This document shows positions 62,001-64,000 of a stretch of 64,000 nucleotides of DNA, in pieces. The notes under the pieces were generated by a model, which was given only the letters and a program-made list of their open reading frames with translations, was not told where the DNA came from and did no database searches. Within the stretch, counting starts at the first letter, position 1. Each line of letters starts with the position of its first letter. The position numbers and the translations under genes are program-made. Source of the DNA: Marsupella aquatica (lineage: Eukaryota > Plantae > Marchantiophyta); NCBI GenBank assembly GCA_973895155.1, contig OZ316891.1:7371808-7435807 (forward strand), given 5' to 3'.

Positions 62001-64000
62001 TTGTACACAGGAACGGCAGTGTGCACCATGACGCTAGAACCGAAGGAACGATGCACCTGTCAGTACAAATGTTCGCGCTTATGGGATGGGTATGATTTTG
62101 TGAGCCCAAGGAATCGAAGACGACATGCAAACTATGACAAGACAGGCAGGGTCATTCCTGCAAAGTTTTTAGTGGACCGTGGGCATCCGGATGGCCATGG
62201 CCTATCGCATCAAGACAGTCATTCTGCTAGCTTCTTAGGTGTTCAAATGTCCCGACAAGAACACAGATATACGGCCCCAACTGTGTTGTACAGGGCACTT
62301 ACAGGAGGAGACGGGAATGATGACGTTGGAAGAAACGATTTGCAGGACCTGGATGTTGATGGGATTGGTCAGACGCTTCCCATGCAGTATGGTATCCACA
62401 TAATGCCTTCTAGAATACTGACCGTGGACGAAGCAATTTATCGACAGACTTGGAGATTACAATCAATGCTTGACGAGGCTAAAATGCCTCAGGCATTGCA
62501 GGATAGCATTTTGAAAATGCTATTCGGGAAGATTCAGATTCCCCCATCTACAAATTTGACACCTTCACCCGACCCTCCATCCGACATGGCAAATGTAGGA
62601 CTGGGCGCACTCCTGAGGCACGCTGGTGTGACGTGGGACGGAGGACGCCATGGAATTGATGCATTGTCATCATTCAAGGGTTTGTGTGGCACGTTTGAGG
62701 CATATGGTATGCCAAAAACGCAGCGGTGGAGAATGTGTATTGGACAGAAGCCAAACTGGCATGCTCCCGTAGTCCTACCGTCGTCGCACCAAGATGACTA
62801 CAATGTCCGAACTGGATTGAAGTGCCGTTGTTCAATCGCAGGGACGAAGTGGCATCTAGCCAGGGATTGTTTGCGTTGTTCGGAACGTTGCCCATTGGAT
62901 GGTTGCAGCACGGCTCGCAAGGAGATGCTCCGGTTTGAATATTTCCCCATTGGTCCCATGTTGCGGAAGTTATGTAGCAGTCGATCTGTTTGTCATGAGT
63001 TCCAGGCAATGTGGAGGGACAAAGATAAGTGGTTTAAGAAGGATTCCATGCCCAGACCTGTGTACAAGGAATGGTGGGACGGCTACCGTGCTTCCGAGCT
63101 ATCCTACTTTTGGGACACTGGCACACAGTTTGAGATTCCCGTGTTATGCCGAAACTGTTATGCTTGTTGAGTCCTGAGTTGTTGGATACTGCCAACTAGG
63201 ATAATGTCAGCAAACAATACGACTTCCAATGCTCAGATTGTGGATCTCGAGTCACGGCCCCGAAACAATTTGCAAAGGTTAGTGATTTCTTCTTGCGTTA
63301 CTGTTGTTGCGCACTTTTGTATGACCAGGGTATGGTATGGGTATTTTTAGGGTATTTATGGGTTATGATCTAGAGTAACTTTTGTCTAACTAGTGTGACC
63401 CACCGCATGCAGGGTGATCCCCGAAATATTGCACTCATGGCACATTGGGATGGATTTCAGTCTGCCAAGACTGCCCACAAAAGCACCTGGACTGTAGAGG
63501 TCCAAGTTTTAAGCGCCAGGTCTCAAACCAAAATTCCACCTATCCCTGTTCTTTTTATCCCGCCATGTGATGACGACGACATAGGAAAAAAAAGCTGAAA
63601 TGCTTGGATGCTTTCTTAGAACCATTCATAAGAGAACTGGAGGAGTTGTTTGTGGATGGGATAGAGGTGGATTACAATTACCCTGTGGAATTATTGGCTG
63701 AAGAGGATAATGTACCGAATGACTCCAGGTGTGTGCTACGAGCACTGTTAGCAGTTTTCACTGGAGATCATCCCGCACAATGTAAATTTGGGGGCTGGAA
63801 TGTTACAGGTTATTCCGCTTGTAGGAATTGTAAAATGAGCACTCGATGGATGAAGTGCAAGTTTGATCATCCTCGAAAGGAGACTGACCAATCACAACCC
63901 CGAGGTTTTCTGGGAAGGGCTGTGTATGACAACAATAGGATGCAGATGAGATATCCACCACCTACACAGAAAATTGAAGAGGTGAGGGAGGCGGCCAGGA
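62001..64000 (+). pseudogene. CACTA/EnSpm Tnp2 (Transposase_21-like) transposase, disrupted; 3' part outside the window
   Basis: EYFPIGPMLRKLC..WWDG..|GDPRNIALMAHWDGFQ..STWTV..LDAFLEPFIRELEELFVDGI..LRALLAVFTGDHPAQCKFGGW..GYSACRNC. Intron 63278-63412; frameshift near 63165, stop near 63207, frameshift in the A-run near 63590. Confidence 0.85.

Larger units (their letters stand above)
51650..64000. mobile_element. Large CACTA/EnSpm-like DNA transposon; continues beyond the right window edge
   Basis: Tnp2-like transposase at 62-64 kb, subterminal tandem array at 52-53 kb, divergent accessory genes. GGGTAT[T/G] motifs recur at 52-53 kb, 55710, 56850 and in the transposase intron (63330-63360). 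Left terminus not identified, so unity of the element is inferred. Confidence 0.55.

Overview
Eukaryotic, transposon-dense land-plant DNA; a non-seed plant such as a liverwort is my inference from gene style, not a proven assignment. Only one intact host gene is supportable: a six-exon LAZ1/TMEM184 (Ost-alpha) membrane protein gene at 18065-22913 (+). The left end (1-7825) is part of a large DNA transposon whose transposase has the P-element-type motif order. It carries same-strand cargo ORFs: an intact EDM2-like triple-PHD finger and a DNA-polymerase-lambda-like BRCT domain. It abuts a miniature LTR retroelement whose 347-bp LTR is split by a 5.76-kb TSD-flanked nest of inverted LTR-like units, one apparently holding a whole ORF. 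The right end (about 51.7-64 kb) looks like a large CACTA/EnSpm-like element: decayed transposase, 148-bp subterminal satellite, decayed accessory gene, intact RPA70-C-like OB-fold ORF and a tandem repeat with telomeric and RY motifs. In between lie MITEs, a solo LTR, LTR/LINE debris, degenerate tandem repeats and a retroposed U6 snRNA pseudogene. All family calls come from motif recognition by eye; no searches were run.
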